64,000 nt of DNA, taken from Adineta vaga (Eukaryota > Animalia > Rotifera). Below, one piece after another: positions 43,218-55,975 of the stretch; position 1 is the stretch's first letter; every line of letters starts with the position of its first letter. The stretch lies in assembly GCA_021613535.1 (NCBI GenBank), contig CP075494.1:12276001-12340000 (forward strand), given 5' to 3'. The notes under the pieces are model-generated. The model worked only from the letters and a program-made list of their open reading frames with translations, made no database searches and had not been told where the DNA came from. Position numbers and translations under genes: made by a program.

Positions 43218-43663
43218 AGAAGTGTAAGTTGAGTGATAGGATCTATTAGAGTGTGCAAATGAGTGACTATATTACTGTGAGCACATTGATTATAACATTA
43301 GTATTGATAGAATTCGTATAAAGAAAATAACACAACAAGATTGATAAATATTTTGAATTATATTTACACATTTGATTCAGATAGCTACGTATAATTTACA
43401 GTGAAAGTCTCAAGTACTGTCATGTTTTCTGTTTAATATTTCGTTTCTTCGTGAGAGAGCAACTTGAATAAACGTTGCATACAAGTACTACAGAGCTTGT
43501 ATGTTATTTCAAGAATAATAACCGAATATTGTGAAGAAAAAAAGATTTTTATTTTACGAAGATACAAAGTAAGAGACAAATTGTTTTAAGTTTCTAATTA
43601 AAATAACAATAAGCAATGATATTTCACACAATTTATCAAATTATCAATATTCACCGAATGGAT

Positions 43664-46306
43664 TTATGGTGAAGTATTATTTCCATCACCGTGCGAAGAT
43701 CGTTGCACCAACATCATCTCTCCTAGGTCAGCAAAGGAATTACGTGGCGAGTTACTTCTCAATGGTCTCACGTCTCTCGCATCTCGCTGAAATCTATCGT
43801 CATCATGGCCATCGGGTGATAGATGATTTGGTATATTATTCATAACGTCATTACCATGATCATAATTAGGAATATCGACATCTAATTCTTCTTTTCTAAC
43901 GATTACGTATGAAAGTACCGTCCAGACACCTTCCAAACCATTGAAGATAATAAAAAACCATGCTAAAACTGCACCAGCATTTTTATCAACACCTGAAATA
44001 ACGAGACCGAAAAGCCAACCAAAACCTTGAGTAAAACATGATATTAATAAAACAATAGCACATCTTTTGCGTCGGATTTTTTTCACACGTTCAATTTCTG
44101 TATTTTTAGCATGAAAAATATTATGTTTAAGAACCAAAATTACCAGAATAATATTTATAAAAAGAAATAGACTTGTCGGTATTGTTAAGAAAAAATGATT
44201 AATAGATGATTCTGATTTAAACCAACAAAGTTTGCCTTTCACCAGACGTGTTATTTGATTTAATGGATTATTGTTTAAGAAAATTGCTAAACCCATACCG
44301 ATCGCACTAATTACCACTGAAATAATCATAAGAATAACAAGATGTAGATACGTTGGTACCGGAAATGGTTTTACAAAATGAAGATAATTATAATAACCCA
44401 TACTTGTCTTAACACAAAACATACATAAAATAAGGAAATATACAACATACATTAATGCCAGCTCGACTGTTGCGCATGAATCATCAAGACGTTGTTCAAA
44501 TGCTCTAGACGTATCAGAAGAAATCGATGAATTATGTCTTTGATAAACTGTTCCACCAAGAATAAGATAAAAAATAAAAAGAAGCATTGTCACACCAAAT
44601 GAAATCAATGGTATAATATTTCTTGGTTGTAAAGAAGCTTTTGAGCCACGATTTTGCTTTAAAATTGCATGAATGAGAACGAGAACGAAAAGTGTAATAG
44701 AAATCGACTGAAATACAATTGACGCTATATCTTCTGAAGTGTAATTTTCAGGTTTATTATTCAAAGGATCCTGTGTCCAAATAAGAGCAAACGATGTTAA
44801 ATGACTACATTCACATTCATAACGATCTTGGTTGCTATTGTATATTGCTGGTAAACAACCTGCTTCATCCCATCGACCTGTTGTTGTATTCAAATATTTG
44901 CATGCAAATCGTCCATTCGAATTAAATTCAGATGGTTGTTGTACTTGGAAATACAACTTAATACCTATCAAATTCGTTACAGACCTGTTTACAGAAGCTA
45001 CAACAATCGATGATGCGATTTTATCCGTATCGTTTGGATCAGTGTATGTTTGAATTAAAGAAGGATAGAGAATCAGCAACATATTGAAAAACTGAGTGTT
45101 TCTCAACGCTTGTAGTCGAACGATACCAGCAACTAGTTGTCGCGAACTAGTTACATTCACTGTGTTCTCAGTGTTTACTGTCCAATTGCCAATTGATTGA
45201 TTGAAAGCAAGACCAATAATTGTTTCATTATCAACATTTCCATCGAGTTGCGTTGTGACAAGAACTGATGTGTTTGTCGATATGGAAGAATTTGTATTGT
45301 TGATGTTTCCAAGTATGCGATCAAGCTCAGCAAGAGACACTGTATTGTTAGAATTTGATGGTACAGTTGAATTCGTGACTGTATCTATGTATTCTGAAAT
45401 TACATTAGCCGTAGCTGTTCCATTGGTAGAATTGCTACGCAAGAAATCAATATAACGTTGCTATAAAGAAGAGAAAACGATGATTATCAATGAGTAGAAA
45501 TATGGTTTGCTTGATATTACCTGTTCCGCTTCTCTTGAAGCACAAGTACCATTGGATATTATTAGATGAGTTCCATTAACACAGAATAAAGGAGTTGTTG
45601 TGACTGTAGTTGTAGTCGTTGATGTAGTCGTTGTTGTTGTTGTTGTCGTTGTTGTTGTGACAGCTTGTTTATAATAGACAGAAATAAAGCTAGATAAAAT
45701 GATGCAAAGAAAACATTTTGAAATGATTCATACGATAAGATATATTTGTGATAATATATATAGGAGTGATCGATGAAACGGACGTCATCAATACTGTCGT
45801 AACTTCAGTTGTGTAATATGTAGTACCTTTGCAAGAAATGAATTAGAATACATAGATCATATGAAATCAATACCTCCAGAGTCAAAGCTAGTGATGATGT
45901 AAATTGCATTTGGATTGCTCGATAACTCAGTAGTCATCTCAGCTAAAATGAAAACAAGAGAGAGAGAGGATATTAAGAATAGAAAATCATCAGTATCATT
46001 GTGTAAATTCATATAAGTAACGATTGATATTGTACTGGGTTTTTTTCATTCATTTTTTACAAATTTAGAAAATATCAAGAAAGTTCTAATGGAACTGCTT
46101 AAATCTACAGCTCGTTTGAGAATGTCCGAAAAACATGTAGTGATCTTTGAGTTCACTTGTAAAAGTTCATTTCTCAATGAAAGTCTATAGAATAAACGAT
46201 ACGTACTTGTAGGTTCCTCAGTAGTGCCTGCTACATTACCAGTAGTTATTGTTACAATAATAAACGCTAACAAATAAATGAACTGTATTTTAATGGCAAT
46301 CTTCAT
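43664..46306 (-). CDS. Adhesion GPCR copy B (signal peptide, mucin stalk, GAIN/GPS, 7TM)
   Basis: Signal MKIAIKIQFIYLLAFIIVTITTG; short S/T exons including a poly-Thr tract; canonical GPS CKYLN...WDEAGC...CECSHLTSFALIW; 7TM with QGFGWLFG and NGLEGVW. Confidence 0.9.
45729..46034. repeat. Near-identical direct repeat, copy 1 (two stalk mini-exons plus intron sequence)
   Basis: Matches 48830-49141 with few substitutions and an (AG)6 versus (AG)9 length difference. Confidence 0.95.
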
Positions 46307-47507
46307 TTTAAATTCTTTTCTTTTTCACTATCTAGAAATATAGGCGAATTCTGCTCATGATAAAATACCAACTTTTCACACTATGAGCATCAAATATGAA
46401 AACTGGCAGACTCTTGTCATTGGCAGTATTTGTACAATCTGAAAAGGAACAAAAACAAAAACATTCAAACAATTTCGATTTTTTAAAGAATAATAATACC
46501 TGAAAAAAACGTCAAACACGAAAATAAGTCGTTCGTTGTTGAAACATGGGGAGAATCACGAAACTTTATTTTCATATTCTCGTTCTCTTTACAACTTGAA
46601 AAAGGAAGAGAAAAAGAAAGTACACTTTATTAAGAACCAGCTAATGTAGTTACATTATTCGCTATCGAAATTTTTCTTACTGTTTGACTTTTCAAATGCA
46701 TTTTGATCAATCGATATTAAACAATCATTTCTATCGCTTCTCGAAATATTTTGTGTTTATAAGAAAAGTATCTTTAACATAAAATGAACCTCCAAAATAT
46801 GAGTTTCATCTCAATATTTCATTGAACAAATAAATCCGAAATAAAACGATTAATCGAATTCATGTTGGTTTCATTTTCTCTCACATATACATAATTATAT
46901 TTGTTTTCTTCCTGCAAAATAACGTAGACGAAGACATCGTAAATCATTTTTCTTTAAAAAACAGAAACTCCAAAGGTCAAGAACGAATCTCTCCTTCTCG
47001 TTTTTTTTATCACATAAATTATGACTTATACAAACGCAAATAATCAATTCTAACTTGTGCCAGAATTCTTTCGATTGTTTTCGAATTTCTACTTTCATGC
47101 AAAACATTAATCATCAGTGATCAGATTGAGTGTTCTTCCGTTTTAAGTTCTATTTATGACTCGAAAACACTACATGATTTTGTTTCTTCATAAATGACAG
47201 GTCAATAATCTTCGAAGTAGAAAAGGATTTTGCAGACACAAAAGTTGTGCAAATAAAAAGAAATTTTCACTATAAACAATTCAATGTGTTTTGTTTTAAT
47301 ACAATTTTTTTCGTGATTTCTTTCAACATCGAAAGAAAAAGTGCGTTGAAATCAATGTACTGATCGATGAATCATTAGTAACTTGAGAGTTTTTGTCACA
47401 GAAAATTTTCCAACTATAATACTTTCAGTAGAATGAAAGTATAATTCGTTGTTAGTTTAATCAGATAATTTTAATTCGGAAAAAAATGAGTAGATGAATG
47501 TTTGTTA

Positions 47508-49526
47508 TTAGTATGAATTCGTACAAGTAATGAAAGAAATCTCGCCAGTAACATTCTCTGAATTATTAATAGTGATCAATTCTATATTAGGATTTTCAAC
47601 AGCAGCTATTTGATATCTTACAATCCTTAATACTCCAAATCCGCTGGCGCTCAATTCATCTCTTGATTCACGTGCATGTTCAAAACGAATTATGATATAT
47701 AAAAGAATTATCCATAACCCTTCGAGTCCATTTATAATACTAAATAACCAATGGAAAATTTCTTTTGAAATCGAATTAGGAATTATGAGAAATGGACCAA
47801 GAAACCAACCAATACCTTGAGTAATACAGATTGTCAACAAGATAAGAATACTTTGTTTTTTTCTTATCCAAGATTGTTCAGGTGATATTGCCGATCGAAT
47901 GTGATCAATAAAATGTTTTACAATGAGTATAATTACAATTATATTGATCGAAATGAATAGACAAATCGGTATGGTAAAAAAGTAATGCATTGTTTCATGA
48001 CTGAACCAACAATATTTAAATGAATATAATTGAGTTATTTTGAAAGATGAATGAAAATTTAATCCAACAGCGAGTATCACACAAATAGTCGGAATAATGA
48101 ACGAAATGGCAATCATAAGACAGCATCGTCGAGGTGATAGTTGTGGAAATAAACGAACAAAATCAAGATAATTGAGATAAGCAAGACATAATTTCATACA
48201 AAACATGAAAATCATGAAGAAATAAACGAAAAACATTAAAATTCTTGAATGTAAAATACATTCTGTTTGATCTTCAGAATATATTTGTTTATATGTTATT
48301 ATATTAAGGGTAATATGTAAACTGAATAGAATTATTGTTGCTGTAAATGAAATTAATGGTAAGAAGTCGAGTATTGTAAATGGCATGGCTTGAAAAGAAT
48401 TTTGAATAATTACGATATGTATAAGAACTACTATTAATGAAATAATAGAAATCGATTGGAACACAAGTGATGCTATATCTAGTGAATTGTACTCTTCAGA
48501 CTTGTTGTTGAGAGAATCTGGTAACCAGATAAGAGTAAAAGAGCTTGAATTATTACATTCACATTCATATCGATCCAATTCAAAATTGTATCGCGGTGGT
48601 AAGCAATCATCGCTGGTCCATTGAGAGGTGTTTGTATTATAGGATTTGCACATGTATCGTTTACTTACGAATAATCTTTCGGAGGATCTTAAGTTTTTAA
48701 TACCATTATTTGTTGATGCATAGAGAAACAGGGATAATATTCGATCAGTCCGATTGATAGAGGAGATAAAACTAGCTTCTACTATAGAGAATCGTATATG
48801 GGACATGAACATAGAAAGATCAAATGTTACATACCATAAGAAATATTTGTTATAATGTATATAGGAGTGATCGATGAAACGGACGTCATCAATACTGTCG
48901 TAACTTCAGTTGTGTAATATGTAGTACCTTTGCAAGAAATGAATTAGAATACATAGATCATATGAGATCAATACCTCCAGAGTCAAAGCTAGTGATGATG
49001 TAAATTGCATTTGGATTGCTCGATAACTCAGTAGTCATCTCAGCTAAAATGAAAACAAGAGAGAGAGAGAGAGAGGATATTAAGAATAGAAAAGCATCAG
49101 TATCATTGTGTAAGTTCATATAAGTAACGATTGATATTGTATTGCTTTTGTTAAACATACAGTTTGAGAATTATACCGATCATTCTGAATTATTTCATAA
49201 TTATATCTCAAGGATTTCAATGGTTGATATTATCAAAACTAGATCTTTTTTGTATTAGTTAAGATTTTCTTTGAGATTGTATATGATTTCTTACTTTGAA
49301 AACAGTTGTATTCGTCTCTGATCGATACTGAATTGTTCAAAGTTCCTATCAATTCATGCTCTTCGACAACATGTTTAGTCATATTTACAGGCACAATGTC
49401 ATCAGAAATGTGAATTTGAGTATCATCCATCATATATTTAAAATTATGATATACGTATACCATTATTATATATATAATGGCTGTTGTTATATGAGATAAC
49501 CAGTATTTGTTATAGAAATCTTTCAT
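47508..49526 (-). CDS. Adhesion GPCR copy C (chimeric; truncated GAIN, non-canonical GPS)
   Basis: First exon MKDFYNKYWL... carries a hydrophobic segment. The two shared stalk mini-exons then splice into a short GAIN remnant; GPS CKSYN...WTSDDC...CECNNSSSFTLIW; intact 7TM (QGIGWFLG, NGLEGLW). Confidence 0.8.
48830..49141. repeat. Near-identical direct repeat, copy 2
   Basis: Matches 45729-46034. Confidence 0.95.
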
Positions 49527-50656
49527 TGTAAGTTTATTAATATCTGAAAACATAAATTAATGCTAATTTGAAATAATTATTTTCATAGATTAATCAAAGA
49601 GAAGATCGTCAATTACCGTTCACGATTATCTTTCTATCAAAGACTGATTTCTTTTCAGAATTGTTCTGTTTCTAAATCAATTCTTTACCCTCTATTCAAT
49701 TTTTTTATGAGACGTAATCTATTTTGTTTATTTGCAAAAGAGTATACATATCAGACATTGCTCGCTATCCTAACATGGTGACAATAATGCAATGGAACAA
49801 AAATAGAGTGACTATTTTTCATTTTTTGATCTTCTGAATAAATATATGATTATTTCAAAACAAATAGAAACATCGCCTCTCACATTTGCTTTTCTTCCGA
49901 GCTGCAATCAAACCATCTGTAAAACGTTAAATATAGATTTGAAAAAAAACCCTGACAAAACAGCATGATTCTGACGAATTTTGTTTTTAAAAATATGTAC
50001 TAAATATTTCATGTAATAAGAGACTGATTTGAAGGAAGAAAAGTATTACACGAAGTTCCTTATAATATTGGCATAATAATTTATGGTGATTGGATTTCAT
50101 CCAAACACAACAAAGTGTAAGATTTTTGAAAATTGAAACTTTCGTTTAAAGAAATCAGATTATGCAAATATGTACATGAGATTGTTTTTTCTATTTCTTG
50201 AATCATTACATGTAACTATTTACTGATGATGATGTTTTTCTCATGTTTTACAGTGACTCCATAGTGAATAACATGTTTTGTATGAATCGGAAGAGCGATT
50301 CATATCGTTCTTCAGAATAGTATAAAACTAATATCATAAAAGCATAGTTTGAAAACCTTTCCGACATCTCGCAACGATAAAAAGAGCATTACTTGCCTAG
50401 TGCATCAACAAATAAGGACAGCAATAAAAGTTGTTCCAACGTGTTCCCTAAAGATCATTTACTTTTATTTAAAATTATGAAACTGATGATGATTTCTTTA
50501 TTTTTATCTTTTGAAAAATTTTTCTAAAAGAAAACAAAGTTACATCTATATTTCTTATTTCTTCATATCAGAACGATTATTATTAGTATTCTCAATCTGA
50601 TCTTTTCTTCGTATTTTTAATTTCATGCACAAAAATACATAAAATCTTAACAAAAC

Positions 50657-51037
50657 TTAACCCCATTTAAAAACTGAATCCATTTCACTTGGAAGATGAT
50701 CGCTACTTAATGAATCATCATAATATTTCGCCGAAACAGGATATTTCAAAAAGATTTCACGCAATCGTTCGGCAGCTAATCGACATTCTCGACTTGATCC
50801 ACAATTTGTTAAAAATCGATGACGAATAGGTTCCGCTTCGTGAAGAACTACAAACAACAATAGAAAAGAATAAGATAGCAACGAATAACTATCCATACCT
50901 TCTTCCCAACCGGATTCATTTGGTACTGTCCATTCATGTCCATGTACAACAATCTTTTGGGTATGTGGTCGACAATCAATCATTGATAATTGAATAAGAA
51001 GGAGAACAAATACTGATGCAAGCACGTAGTTAGACAT
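50657..51037 (-). CDS. Small secreted protein / candidate amidated peptide-hormone precursor (109 aa)
   Basis: Exons 51037-50899 and 50847-50657 (51-nt GT-AG intron). Signal peptide MSNYVLASVFVLLLIQLSMIDC; C-GSSRE-C cysteine pair; C-terminus DSVFKWG-stop. Confidence 0.75.
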   Translation of the reverse strand: MSNYVLASVFVLLLIQLSMIDCRPHTQKIVVHGHEWTVPNESGWEEGMDSYSLLSYSFLLLFVVLHEAEPIRHRFLTNCGSSRECRLAAERLREIFLKYPVSAKYYDDSLSSDHLPSEMDSVFKWG

Positions 51038-51919
51038 TGTTAAAAACTGCAATGGAATAAAAAAAAGTAATTTATAAAAAATATGTTTCTTTTATATTTT
51101 TTTTTGTTCTGATAAGCAACGGGAAAAAGTAAGCGTTGTCATAATACACAAACAAAGAATTGTTTTGTCAGGTTTCGTGTTTTCTTCTTTTTTTTGGTGT
51201 ATTAATCATGTTTTCGAAATCGAAATATCCTTGATGAAAGTTAATAATACAAAAAAACTCACACGTTTTCAGTGTTTTCATTACTTACATGATTGAGATG
51301 AACAGGTTTAAAGTAACAGGTAACTAATATGAAGTCAAAACACGTTTATTGGAATTTATATAATTGACTAGAATAGACAGTTAGCCCTCTCTTTATTAAT
51401 ATTCAATGAATATTATTTCTCTTAATAAATTGATAAATATTGAGTGAATACATATTTTTTTTAGTACATAATGACAGGTTATTATTTGATCCTTGAAAAT
51501 GCCTACATTTCCGTACGTGACAGTAAAACAATATTTTGATACAGGAAATCAAATGAGCCAGTTGTTTCTCTCCAGCAGTGGATTTTACTACATCTGATCT
51601 GTTATACTTTATCGGAAGGATATGTTAATGAGTAAGTAATTTGACATAGGATCTGATTTTTTGTTTCTAGTTGCTATAGTTTTTAAGAACAGTATGACAT
51701 CGATAAAAACAATCTCTTAGAAAGGAAATTGATCGTGGGTGCATTCAATTAGCTCATTCTTTCCGTATGTCCAATTGATTTGCCTCTTTCAAAAGTACAT
51801 GTTAGCCTAGTTAGGAAATTGAAAGAACAGTAAAATAAATTAATATGTTCAAAATATAATTTAAAAACAAAATAAAATCGAATCTTCACAGAAGATAAAT
51901 AGATACGAATGATGTATTA

Positions 51920-53106
51920 TTATTTATTGTGAAGAGTTTTCTTCAAATATGCTTCAAATTCATCTGGCGTATCAGCATAGATCTATAATAGGAAATAATT
52001 TTTAAAAAAACTGGAAACATTAAAGAGAAAATAACACTTACATGATGTCCTGCTTTTTCTACGATATCAACAAAAACGTTTGAACGGTTTTCTTGAATCG
52101 ATAAAGATGCTTCTGCTGTTATCCATGATTGTTCACCGTGGAGAAAATGAATTGGAATACGTTGATCTAATAAATGAATTCGATTTATCATTGGTTCTAA
52201 AGAAAAAAAACAGAAAAAATTATAAAAAAATAAATAGAAAGATAAGAAATCAAACCTTTTGCCCAAGCGAAACAATCACTAATTACTCGAAATGCCTGTT
52301 CTCCAGTTGGTAATTGAGCATTACAATGATATAAATATATTAATACTCGATCATCATCAAATAATTTTTCAAATTTTGTTCGAAGATCTGCTCGAAAATA
52401 TTTGATTACTGGAACACCTAAATAAATTTACGACGAGATTTTTTTCTTCAATGATAAGTAACTATTTTAGTTACCTAATGGGCCAGCTGCTCGTAAACCA
52501 GTCAATGGTGAAAGTCTCATCATCACTGAGGAAAACGATCGTAACCAAACAGGTATACGTTGTAAACGTCCTGTTTGCCAAATATCGTCTGGACGTCGCG
52601 CAATACCCCATGGATCAATTAATACCAATTGTTTCACGTATTCGGGATAGGTTAAAGCGTATGAAGCAGATATAAAACCACCAAAACTATGTCCAAGTAG
52701 AATAAACTCTTTATTTAGTCCAATTTCTTTTCTCCAATCTTCAAGCATATCAATAAATTGTTTTTCGGCTTCTTTAGGATCGAGACTAAATATTAGTCGA
52801 CTGCTACGTCCAAAACCTGGCAAATCAATTGCATAAACAGGTCGTTCAGAACATAATTGATCGAGATTTAAACTCCATAAACCAACACCGCCACCAAAAC
52901 CATGTACAAGAACAATGGGAATATTATCCGAAGTTAAATTTGAAGAAACTGTCCAGATTCGATGAGTTTTACCAGATATAGGCACATAACAACCATCGAC
53001 TTTCGTTTTTAATATCGAAAGTAATTGTGTTTCAGCAAGTTCAAGTTGTTTAGGACCCGTTTTATTCCATGCTAACCGTCGCAATGAATCAAGTTTTGAA
53101 AAACGA
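51920..53106 (-). CDS. ABHD4: ABHD4/ABHD5 (CGI-58)-family alpha/beta hydrolase (additional 5' exons up to ~53431 unresolved)
   Basis: LVHGFGGGVGLW, AIDLPGFGRSSR, nucleophile elbow GHSFG, LIDPWG, YHCNAQLPTGE, and C-terminal AGHH|IYAD (HX4D). Confidence 0.9.
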
Positions 53107-54145
53107 CTAGAATGAAATATTCATACTGAAAATGAATCGATGAAGAATTAATTTACCTTCGAAGTGCTACTCGACGTGTTCGTTTCAATGATTGTAAACA
53201 AAGGCTTGCTCTAAACGAAGAAGAAGACGAGAAAAAATTAGTGAAAATTGGCATTTTGTAAATTAAAACAAACCCTTGACTTGGAGTAACAGATTCTTCA
53301 CATCGTATTAATTTCTTCATTTCAGCATGATCGAAAACAACTAACGATATCATTTGGTCGATAGCATTTGACGGAGACGTTAACTGCTGACGAGTACTTT
53401 TGTGAGTTTTGAAACAATTATAAGTCGACATAGTCTTTCTTTTTGATCTAAAATATGAATCAAAATAATATTTTCATTTTCCTCCCAAGTTACAATGGAT
53501 ATTCGAGATCGAATCTATTGATTATTTAATAATTACTTTCAAAGATATTTTTTCAAGATGAAAATATCGTATTTAAACGCTCGATGTCTATTATACTTAC
53601 ATATGAATCAGTCTGAATGGATAGACAAAACTTTCTCTCTATCTTATAGAAAAATTCGATGAAACTACAAGTAATTTATTTACCATCCTTATAGTTATCA
53701 AATATGTATTTATTTGATAACTATAAATAATATCATTATTGACGATAATAGAGTACTTTCTTTCGAACGTCATTATCACATGTGTATGGTATATAACTGT
53801 GTAGCTTCCCTTTTTTTCTGCACACTTCAATATAATACATTGATGTACGTAGGTGTACCATGCATAACTAATATTTGATGTAATCGATCGATGTACTAAT
53901 TTGCCTTTCCTGTGCTAATGGTTAATGATTTCAAAATAAGTCAAGTTTATTCACGTATAGACATATTCAAATATGCGTTACTTCGTCATTGAGATCAATG
54001 AAGCGAAGTAATGAAAATTTTGTTAAATTTTTCGATTGGTTGAATTGTACAATATCTGACAAGCAATAGAAATGAATAATATTACTAATGACATTTATTT
54101 CTCACTCACTATCGATCTAAACTTTTTTTAAAAGAAGAAGATATC

Positions 54146-55560
54146 ATGTCTAAGTCAAGTTTTGATACATTACCGATTGAAATTCTTCATCAGATTTGTA
54201 ATTATCTTGATTGTGAAACAATTTTCTTTTCACTACGTTCTGTTTGTAAACGATTTTATTCTGTTGCAAATTCTTATCATGATTATAATTTCAATTTTGA
54301 ATCGATATCAAAAGAAAATTTTCATCTTCTCTGTCAAATGATTCCATTTCAACAGGTTGTATCATTAACATTATCAAATAAAGATCAAACGCATGGTCAA
54401 ATATCTTTATTTCTTTCATTATTCAATCTCAATCAATTTACTCGACTTCGATCATTGAAACTTCTTCATATTGCACCTGATCATTTGAATGTTCTTCTAA
54501 CTCTAATTAGTCAAGTACCATTAACATCACTTTCAATCCATTGTCAAATATTTACTTTACAATTAAATACAGCATTGAATCTTCTCTCAGCAACTATCGA
54601 ACAATCTTTTCTCGAAAAACTTGATTTACACATGTTTCGTACTGATGTACCTCAATTTCAATGGCCCAAGAATTCTGCTCTAAAACATCTTCGAATCAGA
54701 CACAGTTTGACACTTGAACAATTCTATTTCATTCTCGAATGTTCTCCTTACTTAGAAGATGTTATTTTAAAAGATTTTAATGTTACTGAAACATCGTTTC
54801 ATTACTCAAAAACATTTCTACAATTAAAATCATTAATATGTACCGATGGTTATAATCAAATGAATAAACTCGATGAATGTCTTTCCTGGACTCCATCATT
54901 GGTTCATTTAAAATTAGTGGGTCATGGAAGTTTATTTAATTCAGTATTCGATGGTTATCGATGGGAACAATTAATTACAACTAAACTTCCGTTATTGAAT
55001 AAATTCGAAGTCTTCCTTTGGGTTTTAACTGATGTTCATTACGATACAAATAATATCGAGGAAATTGTGTCTTCATTTCGAACACAGTTTTGGTTAGAAA
55101 ACATACATTGTTCTTTGATATGTGATTATATTACTTATTTACATAAACTTATTCTTTATTCAATACCGATATGTTATTCATATTTTCAATATTATTCCAC
55201 CAAAAGTAAAGTTTCGGTAACAAATTTTATGAAGACGGATGATAATGCAACTGAAATGGATCATGTAAAATAACTTTTTGTAGATTTAAGTCAACTTATA
55301 GATGATGAAAAAGGAATCGAAAATGTTAATAATTTACGATTTCGTAATGTGAGTGAATTATTTATTAGTTATGATAGAGAATGACCAAACGATTCATTAA
55401 GATTTTGTTTCAATAACAATTAATCTTTTACATCTAGTCAAACTTGTTTTAATTGTCGATTTTTCTGCTGAATTTATGCCGAATACTGTTCATAGTACCA
55501 AAAGCCTACTTAACCAAACTGTTATCATGTTCACACTCTTTCTTTAACAGATTATATTGG
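54146..55560 (+). pseudogene. F-box/LRR-like gene; ORF 54146-55273 prematurely stopped, with a decayed coding tail
   Basis: N-terminal F-box FDTLPIEILHQICNYL..SLRSVCKRF and LRR-like strands. After TAA 55271-55273 the same frame continues LFVDLSQ..RFRNVSELFI..RE*(TGA)PNDSLRF, then shifts frame to INLLHLVKLVL. Confidence 0.7.
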
Positions 55561-55975
55561 AATCCAGATGATTGTACAACAAAGATAGAATCGATATATT
55601 CGACTATGCTCGCTCATTATTATCTACGTAATTCAAATACATTTCATCAATATGGAAATATCAACATGCTTTGTATGTTCGGCTTAAATAAAATATTTTT
55701 GAATTTTATAAATAAATCCAGAAGATGAGATATTGTGTTGTCATACTTAGTTAAAATTTACTTTCAGTAAAAACGTTTGATGGTGTCACTAGTTAACAAG
55801 CAAAGAATGTACTCGTTTTCTCATTGGATTTTTCTCCTCCTATGTTTTAAAGTATCGATGAAATTTTAATCTTTCTTTTCACTATTATTCATAATTTTCA
55901 AATACTTCTTTTTACATTCTACAAACAATTGTTTATATTCTTTTCGTGAATATTCAATTATTTTTCTAGATAGAC

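Noticed and set aside
47090-47117. CTGATGA...GAAA on the minus strand as a hammerhead ribozyme
   Set aside because: Stem II and the flanking stems do not pair properly.
50281-50304. 9-bp hairpin tatgaatcg/cgattcata
   Set aside because: Short and isolated, with no Helitron CTRR end or other context; plausible by chance.
55382-55384. In-frame TGA in the F-box tail as selenocysteine or recoding
   Set aside because: It lies downstream of a TAA and upstream of a frameshift; decay from TGG is simpler.
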